64,000 nt of DNA from Octopus sinensis (GCF_006345805.1 NC_042999.1:110298001-110362000); one strand, 5' to 3'. Shown: positions 1-13,670, counted from the first letter of the stretch. Program-made: numbers and translations. The notes: generated by a model not told the origin, from the sequence alone.

Positions 1-171
1 TTAAAGCATTGTTTTATAGTCAGATGCCCTTCCTGTGTTTAACAGGAATTTTTCCTTTATAAAAGTAAGGATGCTTTTATTTTATACATTGACAGAGTGA
101 GTGACAAGAATGCCACAGCTTGTAATTTAGTGATTTTCAAAGAAATGCAAATGTAAACAAGCATGCATACA

Positions 172-206
<35 letters not shown>

Positions 207-983
207 TTATAATATGCAATTTTTCAGTTTTTGTCTACCAAATCTACTCCCCAGTAGAAATTATTGGCCTAAGGTGCAATGCAGTAAGACTGAATCCAAG
301 AGCACATGACTGCAGCTTGAACCATAAACACACACACACACATACACACACACACACATACACACACACACTTGGATTATGTGTGTATGTAAAAAATAAG
401 TTGGTGTGAGTGTGTGTATCTGTGTGCCAATGTGTGTCTATATGTATGTGTAGGTAAGTGTATATCTGTACGATGGTGTGTTAAGGGCATCTGCAAGGGT
501 GTAGCAGCGATGTAGGGTGAGATGTGGGGAAGATATGAGTGTGAGCATAGACGCAGCATGGGAGAAAGGAGAAGCAGGTGGGATGATGTATATTGTGCTG
601 GAGCAGGTGGAGAGAAATTGTAAGTTAGATGAATAGAGGTGGTGAATTCAAACCAAGAGGTGTGTAAGTTTGTAGCATGTAAGTTCATTCGCTCTTGCAT
701 GTACATGCACACATATACACACACACATTGTGCATGCACACACACACACACACGCACAAACACACATGTGTGTGTGTGAGTGTGTGTTTTTATTTTGTTC
801 ATTGTGAGCTCACAACTTTTATTTTAAATATTTATTATTAAAAACAGAATTGCATTCCACTTTATTTTAACTGTTTATTCTGGATTATTCCTACATCTTT
901 TATTAGTCCATGCTATTTTGTTTGGAACAAGAATGTTTCCATATCCATTGATACCTCATGATCTTCTTTGACTTGACTTTCAG

Positions 984-1437
984 ACACAGATTAGTAGTGT
1001 CCTCAGTTGTAAAGTTCCTGCTCAAAAGAAATTTTACAGCCTGTTTCACTGGTAAAGCACTGCAAAAAGAAATTAATATGATGATATAATAAACAGTGGT
1101 TAATAAGAAATATATAAATAATTACATAAAACAAGCAATATGAGAACAGCAAAACAAAGTTTAATGCAAAAAGTATATATGAAAGCAGTTTTGCTTGTGT
1201 GATTAAGAAGTCCACTTTGCAACAATGTAGTTGCAGTTTCAATCACATTGCATGGCACCTTGAGCAAGTTTCTTCCACTGTAGTCTTGTGTTACTCAATA
1301 CCTTGTGGATTGTATTTGATAGTTCAAAAAGTATTTTGTTTGATTGTATGATTATACACTTGCGTATTTCAGTGGCGTATGGTGGTTGTTGTATTGGGAG
1401 TTTTGTCACACGCAGTGCCACCAAATTTCGAGCAGAG
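984..1437 (+). CDS. Two candidate host exons (984-1051, 1373-1437), product unknown
   Basis: ttttcag/gtaaag and tatttcag/gtataa splice sites with compatible phase giving HRLVVSSVVKFLLKRNFTACFTVAYGGCCIGSFVTRSATKFRAE; no homology recognised. Confidence 0.25.
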
Positions 1438-1887
1438 GTATAACAAGAGTTTTCCATTAAGATTTTTGTGATTAAATTAATGAGTAAGGTTAATATTTTA
1501 AATGAATTTGCTATTTTTAGATGGGTGTGCAGCACACACCTAGCACTCCTGGAGTATATGCCCCTGGTGTGTTTCTGTGCAGTTATATATATATATATAT
1601 ACATAACAATGTATATATATATATATCAGTTATAAATCATTCTCCCTCTGATGATGGAATAGATCGCTGATATATGGATAGCTACTGCTTGTTTTCCACA
1701 AGTTGTACTATCTGCACATTTGGCTTTGAAAGAGCTACTTAAGGATATAAATGTCATTATCTAACCTGATACCAGTTGTGTTGACCGTCTGTACTTTAAT
1801 CTAATTATGCATCCACCTACTCATTTGATAAACTACCTGCAGCTAATAGTTATTATGTAGGCATAACATCCCTGCATGTGTGTACAC

Positions 1888-1922
<35 letters not shown>

Positions 1923-2211
1923 TGTATGTATGTATGTATGTATGTATGTATGTATGTCTTCATGGAATTTTGAATAGCCAGCATGTATCTTCTATGCTGC
2001 AGTCACTTTAGGACACTGATGACATTAAGGGAAACATCCAAGCTCCTTGGGAACATGGCAGCTTTTCTATGCTAGTGCCATAAAAAAATGCAGTCTATAC
2101 ACTCTGTTAGTGATTGGCACTAGGAATGGAATCCAGTCAATGAAACCAAGTGAAAAATGGAACTAGTGATCGAGATGTGGTCTCCTAACCCAACAAAGAG
2201 CACAGAAATGG

Positions 2212-2342
2212 CTTTCTCAATGACATGGTTCTAGGTTCAGTCCTGCTGTATGACACTTTGGGCGAATGTCTTTTGCTATAGCCTCAGGCTGACCAAAGCC
2301 TTGCGAGTGGATTTGGTAGAGAGAAACTGAAAGAAGCCCATC

Positions 2343-2420
<78 letters not shown>

Positions 2421-2560
2421 GCACATATATATGTGTGAGTGCGTGTATGTGCTTGTGTCTGTATTTGTTCCCTACCACTGCTTCGCATCTGGTATTAGAT
2501 CTGGTTTTCATCTACGTAGCTTAGCAATTTGGCAAAGGAGACAATAGAAGTACCAGGCTG
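2212..2560 (+). mobile_element. tRNA-derived SINE, family A (CORE-like), partial, with internal (TA)n
   Basis: GGTTCAGTCC B-box, CTTTGGGCGAATGTC CORE-like motif, GCCTTGCGAGTGGATTTGGTAG...GAAACTGAAAGAAGCCC body shared with many other copies in the window. Confidence 0.75.
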
Positions 2561-2984
2561 AATATGTATAAACGTATATATGTATGCATATATATATATA
2601 TATGTATATGTGTATATAAATATATATATATATATATATATAATATATATATATATGCAAATACATGTATATGCCTGTATGGGTGGGTGTGTATGCATAT
2701 ACACACACACACTTATATATGTATGTGTATATATGTATATATATATACATATATATATATAATATATATATATATATACATTATATACATATATATATAT
2801 ACATTTATATACATATATATATATACATTTATATATATATACATATATATATACATATATATATATATACATTATATATAATATATATATATACATTTAT
2901 ATACATATATATATATACATTTATATATATATATACATATATATATACATATATATATATATACATATATATATATATGCATTA

Positions 2985-3222
2985 CACCAATCTGACCGTG
3001 GCCGTTGCCAGCCCCGCCTGGCACCTGTGCAGGTGGCACGTAAAAAGCACCCACTACACTCACGGAGTGGTTGGCGTTAGGAAGGGCATCCAGCTGTAGA
3101 AACATTGCCAGATTAGACTGGAGCCTGGTGCAGCCTTCTGGCTTCCCAGAACCCCGGTCGAACCGTCCAACCCATGCTAGCATGGAGAACGGACGTTAAA
3201 CGACGATGATGATGATGATGAT
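2985..3222 (+). mobile_element. SINE-like retroposon, family C, 5'-truncated, (GAT)n tail
   Basis: GGAGTGGTTGGCGTTAGGAAGGGCATCCAGCTGTAGAAAC...CCATGCTAGCATGG...GACGTTAAACGACGATGATG; same sequence recurs at about six loci. Confidence 0.8.
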
Positions 3223-3242
3223 ATATACATATATATATATAC

Positions 3243-3292
<50 letters not shown>

Positions 3293-4584
3293 ACATATAA
3301 GTATATGTGTGTATCTATACATATATGTGTATCTATCTATCTATCTATCTATATGCATATATATAAAACATACAAAATTGTATTTATCGGCATGCATTTT
3401 ATTAATTGGTATGTAAAAGTTTAAGAGTTCATGCAAGTATACTACAAATGAATGTATACTCATACATTTGTGACACATATGCTCTTTCTCAACCCTCTTT
3501 ATGCTTATGGCCACATGCACACACATACATATACATATGCACACACACACACTCACACATGCACATATACTCACACATGCACACACATTCATAGAAACAC
3601 AAGGATATACACACAAACGCATGACTTTTTAATCTTGATTTTTACGTAGCAAATTAATTGAATGGCAAGAACAACAGTTACAATAATAACAATAAGAATA
3701 TGAACAACAACAACAACAACAACAACAAATTTTGACTACAACAATAATTAAGTTGCCAACATTCTTCGCTTTCTGCCACTAAAATACAAAAAAAAAAACC
3801 CAAGAAAAAGTAAAACAAACTAAATATAACAATCTAACAACAACAATAACAATAACGATAATGATAACAACAACAATAATAATAATAATGAGGAGGAGGA
3901 GGAGGAGGAGGAGCAGGAGGAGAATAAGAATAAGAATGATGATGATATAACAATAATAATAATGATGAAGATGATGATGATGATGGTGATGATGATGATA
4001 ATAAAAATTACTACAACAGCAACAACAACAACAATAACAACAGTAGTATTAATGATGATGATGATGATGATAATATCAGTAATAACTACGGTAGCCAGCA
4101 AATAAAAGACGTAAGTAACTTACAAGATAATTGACAAAAATAAAGAGCAACTAGAAATAGAAATTTACAGCAACAATAACAACAACAACAACAACATGTA
4201 AAACAGATACAAGAGAAATAGAAGCAACAACAAAGAGCAACATTGGAGAATAAAAATTTATAACATCAAAATACAACAACAGAATAAGAAAGAAAAAGAA
4301 GAAAAAAATTAGCACCAACAGAAGGAAGCTTGTGAGAAGATACGACTATGGTTACTTGATTTCAGCTAGAAATATCAGCCAAATCTCCCTCAAGTCATAC
4401 TCTAATAAAAAGAGGAAGGCCACATTACATAGCATAGTTGATAAATAAAATTAGGTATGTGCTTAAGAATTTCACTTTGCAAGTGATTTTGGATTCATTC
4501 CCATCGTATGCCACATTGGCTAAGTGTTTTTTTCACTACAACCCTAGGCAAAAGGAAGACTTGTGAGTGGATTTGATAGATATA

Positions 4585-4870
4585 TCATCATCATCATCAT
4601 CATCATCATTTAACGTCCGTTTTCCATGCTAGCATTGGTTGGATGGTTTGACTGGGGTCTGGGAAGCCAGGAGGCTACCCCGGGCTCCAGTCTGATCTGG
4701 CAGTGTTTCTACAGCTGGATGCCCTTCCTAATGCCAACCCCTCCGTGAGTGTAGTGGGTGCTTTTTACGTGCCACCAGCACAGATGCCAGTCAAGGCGGC
4801 ACTGGCATTGGCCATGTTCAGATGGTGATTTTTATGTGCCACTGGCATGGGTATCTTAACTACAATTTCC
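4585..4870 (-). mobile_element. SINE-like retroposon, family C
   Basis: Reverse complement of 2985-3222 type, starting with a (CAT)n tail on +. Confidence 0.8.
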
Positions 4871-5131
4871 ACCTGGGTAACTGAAATTTTGGTATTAGAT
4901 GGACACCTTTTGAAGGAGACAATCATGTGTTATGTGATGTTTACCAAAACTTCCAAAAGAAAAAGAAAAAACAAAACAAAACAAAAATTTCTTTTTAAAG
5001 CATCAATAAATCTGGCCAAAGCATGGCTTGATTTGCAAGTACACCTCCCCGACTTAAGACTATAACTGCCCAACATTAGAAAGTTGACTTTTTATTTATT
5101 TATTTCTTAATTTTTTAAATTTCTTATCTCC

Positions 5132-5365
5132 TATTTCTTTACTGCCCACAAGGGGCTACACACAGAAGGGACAAACAAGAACAGACAAATGGATTAAGTC
5201 GATTATATTGACCCCAGTATGTAACTGGTACTTATTTAATTGACCCTGAAAGGATGAAAGGCAAAGTCAACCTCGGCAGAATTTGAACTTAGAACACAGT
5301 GGCAGACGAAATACCACTAAGCATTTCACCCGGCATGCTAATGTTTCTGCCGGGCTCACCGCCTT
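5132..5365 (-). mobile_element. tRNA-derived SINE, family B (Deu/Nin-domain-like)
   Basis: Minus strand reads AAGGCGGTGAGC...GTTCTAAGTTCAAATTCTGCCGAGGTTGACTTTGCCTTTCATCCTTTCAGGGTCAATTAAATAAGTACCAG; many copies in the window. Confidence 0.8.
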
Positions 5366-5857
5366 TTAATTTTTTTAATTTCTAGTGGTTGTGAGTGTAG
5401 GTAGTCGTAAGTCATATAGGTTGTAAGTTGAGGGGAAGGTGTACACTATTGCAATGGTGACCAAATAGTTTGATATGAAAAATCACATATGATATTTTTA
5501 AGTTTTTAAAAATATATTTGTAAATAAAATACACTGCTACATGATATTACAGACAAAAACAGATTGATCAATCATTGCTAATTAAAGGATTTTTCTGCAT
5601 ATTAACTACTGCAGTTAATATATTTGAATTCCAGCAAGTAGGATGTTAATGCTACCAATGAAACTCAATATTATCTCAGGGACCTCATATACCTTTAAGA
5701 GCCATAAGAGGCTTGTGAGCTGCAGTATGGCCACCATTGCTAAATTGTAAACATTTTTGTTTTGTTTTTAATTGAAGGCTGAATTTTGAAATCTTATAGG
5801 TTTAGTTATTTTTGTCATTCATAATTGTATTCTTAAGTCATAATTATATTAGTGTCA

Positions 5858-6450
5858 CCATCTCTAGCTGAGCAGTTATTCTGAGCCGATGAAGAGAAAT
5901 AACCCAGAAAACATTAGTACACAGATATTGCTTTGGGCTGCGTGGTGACACTAAGCTTCCGTGTTCAAAAATGTAAGGATGCAGATAATGCTTCAATAGC
6001 CAGCTGGAGATGATGTTTTCTGGGGCTAAATAACAGAAACATTCATCCTAATCAGGACTGCCACATTATGTTGGCAAACAATCTTTACTCTGGAGTACTG
6101 TTAGAATAATAATTTTTCTATTTATAGAATAATTTATAGAATGATAATTTTTCTATTTATGACTTCAGTGACTGTGTGTCACTTTGAAAAGTATATTTTT
6201 TGAACAAGAATTTAATGTTGCCATCTCTAGCTGAGCAATTATTCTGAACTGATGAAGAGAAATAACTCAAAAACCATTGGTATACAGGTATTGCTTTGGG
6301 CTGAGTGGGGACACTAAGCTCCCTTGTTTGAAACTATAAGGACACAGATAGCGCATCAATAGCTAACTGGAGATGATGATGTTTCTTGGGGTTAAATAAT
6401 AGTAACATTTGTCCTAATCAGGATTGCCACATTATGTTGGCAAATAATCT
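5858..6450 (+). mobile_element. Diverged 1.6-mer (363-bp period) of the retrozyme-like unit, with decayed hammerhead cores
   Basis: Direct repeat 5858-6084 / 6221-6450. Shares GCCAGCTGGAG, TGGGGCTAAA, AGGACACAGA, AAAAGTATA and GCCA..TGGCAAA in the same order as the 18.5-20.5 kb unit. CTGATGA-AGAG-AAATAA-CTC at the position of the ribozyme. Confidence 0.7.
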
Positions 6451-6693
6451 ATACACATAATTATATTGTTGATATCAATTTCAACTTTCGGTACAAGATC
6501 AACAGTTTCAGAGAGGGAGGTAAGTTGATTACATTGACCCCCCCAATGATCAACTGGTCATTATTTTATCAACCCCAAAAGGATGAAAAGCAAAATTAAC
6601 CTCCACAGAATTTGAACTCAGAACATAAAGACAGACGAAATACTGCTAAGCATTTTACTCAGCACAGTCACAATTCTGCTAGCTGTCACCCTA

Positions 6694-6915
6694 ATTATAT
6701 TGTTAATATCATAGCATATATTGTTAATATCATAATTATATTGTTAATGTCATAACATACATTGTTAATATCACAATTATATTGTTAATGTCGTCATTAT
6801 GTATTGTTAATATCATAATATATCTTGTTAATGCCATCATTATATATTGTTAATGTCATAATTACATGTTGTTAATGTCATCATTATATTGTTAATATTG
6901 AATATATTTTATTAA
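6694..6915. repeat. AT-rich minisatellite, ~21-23-bp unit (CATAATTATATTGTTAATAT/GT)
   Basis: About nine imperfect tandem copies visible. Confidence 0.8.
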
Positions 6916-7168
6916 TTTATATTACAACTATTGTCAGTCACATTTACAGCTTAATTAAGCTAATCTGAGATTCAGCATGTGGTTGCTCAGTTATTAGAAA
7001 GAGCAGCTATAACCACCTCATAAAGTGATAAAAATTAAAACCTTCTCTCAAAATCCTGAGTTAATTTATATTTGCAAATTCTAGATTAATAATGTTGAAG
7101 TTATCTTACTAAGTTTTTCATTATTTTAAAAAATGAATTGAAACAAAGGGAATTTTAACTGAAATATA

Positions 7169-7405
7169 TATTTCTTTACTACCCACAAGGGGCTAAACAC
7201 AGAGGGGACAAACAAGGACAGACAAACGGATTAAGTTGATTATATCGACCGACCCCAGTGCGTAACTGGTACTTATTTAATCGACCCTGAAAGGATGAAA
7301 GGCAAAGTCTACCTCGGCGGAATTTGAACTCAGAACGTAGCAGCAGATGAAATACTGCTAAGCATTTCATCCGGTGTGCTAACGTTTCTGCCAGCTCGCT
7401 GCCTT
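7169..7405 (-). mobile_element. Full-length family B SINE with 22-bp target-site duplication
   Basis: AGGGAATTTTAACTGAAATATA at 7147-7168 and 7406-7427 flanks the element. Confidence 0.9.
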
Positions 7406-8439
7406 AGGGAATTTTAACTGAAATATAGTTAACCCCTTTATCCTAACTCTGCTGGATCATGACTGACCAAAGATAAACAACAATAGCTATGATCAATGAT
7501 ACTTAACTCTTGCCAGCCCAGTCAGCTAGGTTGTACATAGGTAGCACATATATAGATCCCTGCTAGAAGAATGTTAGAAATTGTCTTAACATTTAACACT
7601 AATCTGTCTGATACTGCACCTCATTGTATGATACAAATTTTGTCATTTGAAGTGATCTAAATTAAAATCTCCCATCAAAACTTCATAGATAATACCTAAC
7701 ATCAAGTTAAGCTTATGGTACATCATCACAGAAGTTCCTTTTGTTTGTTTTTTAGGCAAATTTCTCATCCATCACCAGCTTGCCAGGCCTGTGGTGAATT
7801 AATCATAATACTCGTTTTTGCTAGTTGAGTGGATTAAAGTAATATGAAATGAAATGTTTTGCTTCGTAAAACAATGCATCTCCCAGTCTAGGAATCAAAA
7901 CCACAATCTTACAATCATGAGCCCCACACACTAACAACTAAGCCATGCACCCCCACCACAATTTCATATTAATTTATATTCTAAACTAGCTTGATAAATG
8001 ACAACTGAAAAAAGTTAGTTTAATAGAAATGTGATAATAAAAGGATAAATACTAAGTGTTTCACAAGCTTGCAAACTTGAGCCTCCAGGTTCATCATCAT
8101 CACCACCACCACTTATTTTATTGACTCCAGAAGGATGAAAAGCAAAGCTGACCTCAGTAGAATTTGAACTCAGAATGTAAAGACAGATGAAATGCTGCTA
8201 AACATTTTGCCTGGCATACTGATTCTGCCAGCTTGTTGCCTTCAAAGTTAATACAATATTTGTTTTAAATTTTGGCACAAAACCAACAAGTCCAGCAAAG
8301 GGGTAAGTTGATACTTATTTCATCAACCTCAAGAGAATGAAAGGCAAAGTCGACCTCAGCAGAGTTTGAACTCAGAATGTAAACATGAATGAAATGCAGC
8401 TAAGTATTTTGCCTGGTGTGCTAGCAATTCTACCAGCTT

Positions 8440-9028
8440 CATCATCATCATCATCATTGTTTAACATCCACGCTCCATGCTAGCATGGGTTGTACGGTTT
8501 GACTGGGGACTAGTGAACCAGATGCCTGCACCAGGCTCCAATCTGATCTGGCAGAGTTTCTACAGCTGGATGCCCTTCCTAACACCAACCACTCTGAGAG
8601 TGTAGTGGGTGCTTTTATGTGCCACTGGCACAAGGGCCAGTCAGGTGGTACTGACAATGACCGTGCACAAATGGTGATTTTATGTGTCACCTGCACAGGA
8701 GCCAGTCCAGCGGCACTGGCAACGCCCTTGCTTGAATGTTGCTTTTCAAGTACCACTGGCAAAAGTGCCAGTAAGGTGTTGCTGGTAATGATCACATTCG
8801 AATGGTGCTTTTTACATGCCACTGGCACAGTGACCAGTCAGCAGCCCTGGCAATGATCCTGCTCAGATGGTGCTCTTAGTGTTCCACTAGCACAGATGCC
8901 AGTCATGCGGTGCTGTCATAGAATTTGATTTCGATTTCACCTGCCTCAACAGGTCTTCTCAAGCAGAGTTTAGTGGGCTGGTTACACCACTGGCATAGGC
9001 CACGGGTTATGGTCTCACTTGGCTTTTG
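8440..9028 (-). mobile_element. Long family C retroposon with internal ~66-bp tandem subrepeats
   Basis: Family C 3' end plus about five TGCCACTGGCAC...GGTGCTTTT-like units at ~8620-8900. Confidence 0.75.
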
Positions 9029-9552
9029 CAGTAATATCTCACTTTTTTGAGGACCTGCTTTATGAGATCCTGGGCCTATGAGTTTTATTTTTCAAATACA
9101 AGATTCAAATTTTGAATGAAGTGCAAAAGTTTCTACTACCATAACAAATGCTTCTGTGTGATATAGAGAAGTTTATAGAGAGCAAAAAAAGCTTCTTCTA
9201 AGTGAACAACTCTAGACTTGTTTTCTAAAAAGAAATCTACAAGTCCGTCTATGAGTGCTTGTGAATCGGCGATGGCATCTACAAGTGATTTAGAAAGCGC
9301 TAATAATAACATTTTTTATTATAAATGATCTTGACATTCCTTTTACTTTCCATAAAGTATTCTTCACATTCTAGTGTTGTTTTATTGCCATTTATTTACA
9401 AGTATTATAAATTTTATAGGTAAAATATTTTTCTAGGAATGAATTACGATTTATAACATTGCTACTATGGGAAATTATTGCTCTGCTATACAAGTTTTTG
9501 TTTTACAAGTGGTCTCCAGGAATAAATTAACTCGAATATCAAGGCATTACTG
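9029..9552 (+). mobile_element. Tigger/pogo-like DNA transposon remnant
   Basis: CAGTAAT... / ...ATTACTG termini with TA on the right. Frameshifted YREVYRE.KK...TTLDLFSKK resembles Tigger transposase C-termini. Confidence 0.55.
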
Positions 9553-10163
9553 TACATACTAAATCTTTTATCTATCATCACATACTTTATCTTATCCTAG
9601 GGTTAGTGGAGTTAAAATAAACATGAGTTGAATGTGCTGAAGTAGACAGGAAGACTAACCCTCCCATCATTATATAAGAGATAGATTTAGATTTAATATA
9701 GGGAAGTATATCACTTGAAATACTAAATGTTACCAATTTCTAATTCATGAGCTCTAAATCTGCTCTAATATTAACTATTAAGGATTTTAGTGTTTAAAAT
9801 AAACTGAACATGTGCAAAGATAACAAATTATGATAAAAATCAAAGGAAAAAGGGAAGTACAATATACATACATGCATACATACATACAAACATAAGTACA
9901 TAGATACATACATAGATAGAGACATACATATAAGCATAAAAACACACATACATACACACACATATACATACATGCACACACATACATACTTTCATACATA
10001 CATACACACATACATACATACACACATACATGCATACGCATACATGCACACACATACACACACTTACATACACACATACATACACATACATACATGCACA
10101 CACATACACACACATACATGCACACACATACATAATGCGTACATACATACATACATACATACA

Positions 10164-10195
<32 letters not shown>

Positions 10196-11014
10196 CATGC
10201 ATGTGTTGTTGTATGTAGATATATATTTACTTATACAAAACAGTTTACAAAAATATCTGAATTTGCAAAATTATCAAACCTACATTAAAAAACAAAGAGC
10301 AAAAACAAAGACAAAAAACAAAAATTAAAAGAAAACTATAAGAGTATCAAAAAACGAAAAATTTTAAAAAACAATATACATAATATATTTTTTCTATAAT
10401 AAGAAAAGATTTTTCAAAATGAGATTTATAACATAAATAAATTCCTTCGCACATCAAAGATCTCAATTGGAAAAAAGTAGATAAATAAATAAATAAATAA
10501 ATAAAATTAAGTTGTTGCCTTTGGTTGTTATTGTTTTTCTTTATATTTTGTTTATATTTGTATTTCTTCTGCTTTCTTTTTAATTTCTTTTTTTATTTTT
10601 GTTTCTACTTTTGTATTTGTTCTGGAGCAATTTATCAGGATGGTGCTGATGGCAGATATGATGGTGGTGAGGGTTGGGGGAGTTTGAGAGTTGGGGTTTG
10701 GGGTTTTGGAGGTTGAGAGGGTGGGGTGGGGGTGGGGGTAGAATATTTATCTTTTGAGTTGTTATGTCTATTCTAAAGCTTTGCTATAAATAGATTCTCT
10801 CCAAGAAATATATATAAGAACTCCACACCATCTCAACAACAACAACAACAATAATAACTACAACAATGAAAAAAACAACAATAGCCATCGTAATCTCAAC
10901 AAGAGGACCTACAAAAGCAACAACAACAATAACAAGTAGAGTGAATCCCATCATCATTACCATCTTCCTCTTCCTTCCCCTCCTCCTCATCATCACCACC
11001 ATCATCATCATTAC

Positions 11015-11046
<32 letters not shown>

Positions 11047-11470
11047 CCCCCACCATTGTCTTTCTCCTCGCCCTTGTCTTCTTTCTCCTCCCTCACATCC
11101 TCTTTCTTAATACCACCACCACCACTACCACCACATCATTGTCATCATCATCATCATCACCATCACATCGTCAACATCATCATCATCATGAGCAGCAGCA
11201 AAAACAAATACAATTGTCTCCAAAGAAGAAAAGCTTTGTGGTATGGTTTTTACAGAATTACATGGCCTGGTTCTCATATAAGCTAATTAATGAATTTTAA
11301 ACATTTTATCAATCAAATTTTTAATTATTTTCACATATTTACAAACATAAACATACATATTCACACAGTAAAAAGGTATGAATATGTGAATTAATATATG
11401 TATATATATGCTATGTGTGAATAATGTATGTATGTATATATCTATTATATTTATCTCTCTCTCTCTCTGT

Positions 11471-11536
<66 letters not shown>

Positions 11537-12578
11537 ATAGTAATAATGATAATAATAATCATCTCCTGCATAGTCAGCTGCGTCCAGTCAATCCAGGAAT
11601 ACGGACTATGATTGTAAGAAACATGTGATTTATGGAAACATGCGTAGTGATGCATTAAAATATTTATAAATTCCATTTCCATCCATGGGTTATTATTATT
11701 ATTATTATTATTATTAGACCAGGCTCCCATGGCTTTTATGGGTTTTTCCGTGAGTAACCTTTCGAAGTGTCTCCCCTATTGGGAGTTTTATTTGTTATAT
11801 TTTTCATTGTTATTTGAATGTTTACATGGACCTTTTTTTTCGCAAAACCCTTTATACTTTTCATCCAGTGTTTGTCCTTACGTGTTTTTTATTTATGTTA
11901 GCCCTTGCGGCCAATAAGCCAGAATTAATTATTATAATCATTATTATTATTATTATTACTATTATTATTATTATTATTATTATTACTATATTTATCCTAC
12001 ACTATATTAACACAGCTTGGTATGACCCAAAAAGCTGGTATCACCCTTTTGCAGCATTGGGCTGAAGCCAGCATAGTAAAATAGCAGCTTTCATGTGCAT
12101 ATCTAACTTAAAAGATATGTGTGTGTGTGTGTGTGTGTGTGTCCATGCCTGTGTGTTGTTATATGCCTTATAAGAATCAAGGCATATTCACTTGTTGGAT
12201 GCCAAAAATGGCTAGGTATGATGACATAGAGCTCACACTGAAATGTATCAAGTGTTGGTGGGATACTGAAGATAAGTAAGTACCAAACCAACTTAACCCA
12301 TTGGGGTGTGTCCTTGGTGTAGCATAGTTATAAAAAGTAAACATTCTGTATTTTCTTCAACATATGACGTCATTAATCTAGACAAGGCTTTTTTTCCCTC
12401 CCCATTTCTTTCTTTCCTCATTCTTTTCTGGAGAAGAGCATAGGCTCGAAACATCAAAGAATTTGTTCATTTTTCCTGAGAGTCAAAGTAAAAAAATAAT
12501 GCACCTTGTTTGTTGGTCCTTCACCGGCCTCTGTTTTTTTATTTTTGTTTTCAGTACAATTTTGAACCACACACACAT

Positions 12579-12656
<78 letters not shown>

Positions 12657-12797
12657 TACACACACTCACACACACACATACACACACACACACACACACA
12701 CGTATATGTTAATATGTATGTATGTGTGAATATAAAATTAAATGTATGCCTGTCTATTGGTACTTGTATACTTGGAAGAATTTGTACATACATATTC

Positions 12798-12837
<40 letters not shown>

Positions 12838-13349
12838 ACATATATGTGTGTGAATATGCTTGCATGTGTGCGTGCTATTATGTATATATGCTTACGTATA
12901 TGCATGTATGTATGTTGGGTTGTATATAGATATGTATGTTTGTATGTATACTTGTATTTACACATGTTTCCTTGGCATGATCTGCTGGTTTCAGCCTTAA
13001 CATGCAGATGGAAACAAGCCCTAGCTCACTGAAGGTTTGAAACCTGTCAGCTACCCTCACTTGGGAAAGACATTGCCAAGGGTGTGACCTCTGTTGCATA
13101 CAGGCTGCAGGTGAGAGCTGGGTATCAGGTGAGATCCAAAGCAGACAAGCTACACTAAAGAATGCCACACATTCCCATGTCAGAGGTACTAACCCACTTG
13201 GACCCACCCATACACATCATAAGTGTGCATGCTTGTATGTAAATTTATCTAAGTATATGTATACTATTTTTATGTGTGTGTACATGTATAACAATATGTA
13301 TGTACATAGTAATATATGTTTGTGTGTGTGTATATGTATATATATATAT

Positions 13350-13670
13350 GTCATCATCATCATCATCATTTAACGTCCATTTTCCATGCTGGTATGGGTT
13401 GGACGTTTTGACTCAGTACTGGCAAGCCAGAAGGCTGCACCAGGCTCCAATCTGATCTGGCAAGGTTTCTACAGCTGGGTGCCCTTTGTATCGTCAACCA
13501 CTCTGAGAGTGTAGTGGGTGCTTTTTATGTGCCATCAGCACAGAAGCCAGTCGGGCAGTACTGGCATCGACCATGGTCAAATGGTGCTTTTTATGTGCCA
13601 CTCAGTCAGGTAGCACTGGCATCATCCACACTCGAATGGTGCATTTTACAAGAGTCAGTCAGGTGACACT
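13350..13670 (-). mobile_element. SINE-like retroposon, family C
   Basis: (CAT)n tail and family C body. Confidence 0.8.

Noticed and set aside
2495-3099. Many IY/YI/HT/CV-rich ORFs here and throughout the window
   Set aside because: Products of (TA)n, (CA)n and (TATC)n microsatellites
9140-9300. Helical-looking minus-strand peptide LSKSLVDAIADSQALIDGLVDFF...
   Set aside because: Antisense to the Tigger-like transposase remnant
13020-13053. TAGCT-CA-CTGAAGG-TTT-GAAACCTGTC-AGCTA
   Set aside because: No stem II and core mismatches; at most a deleted relic
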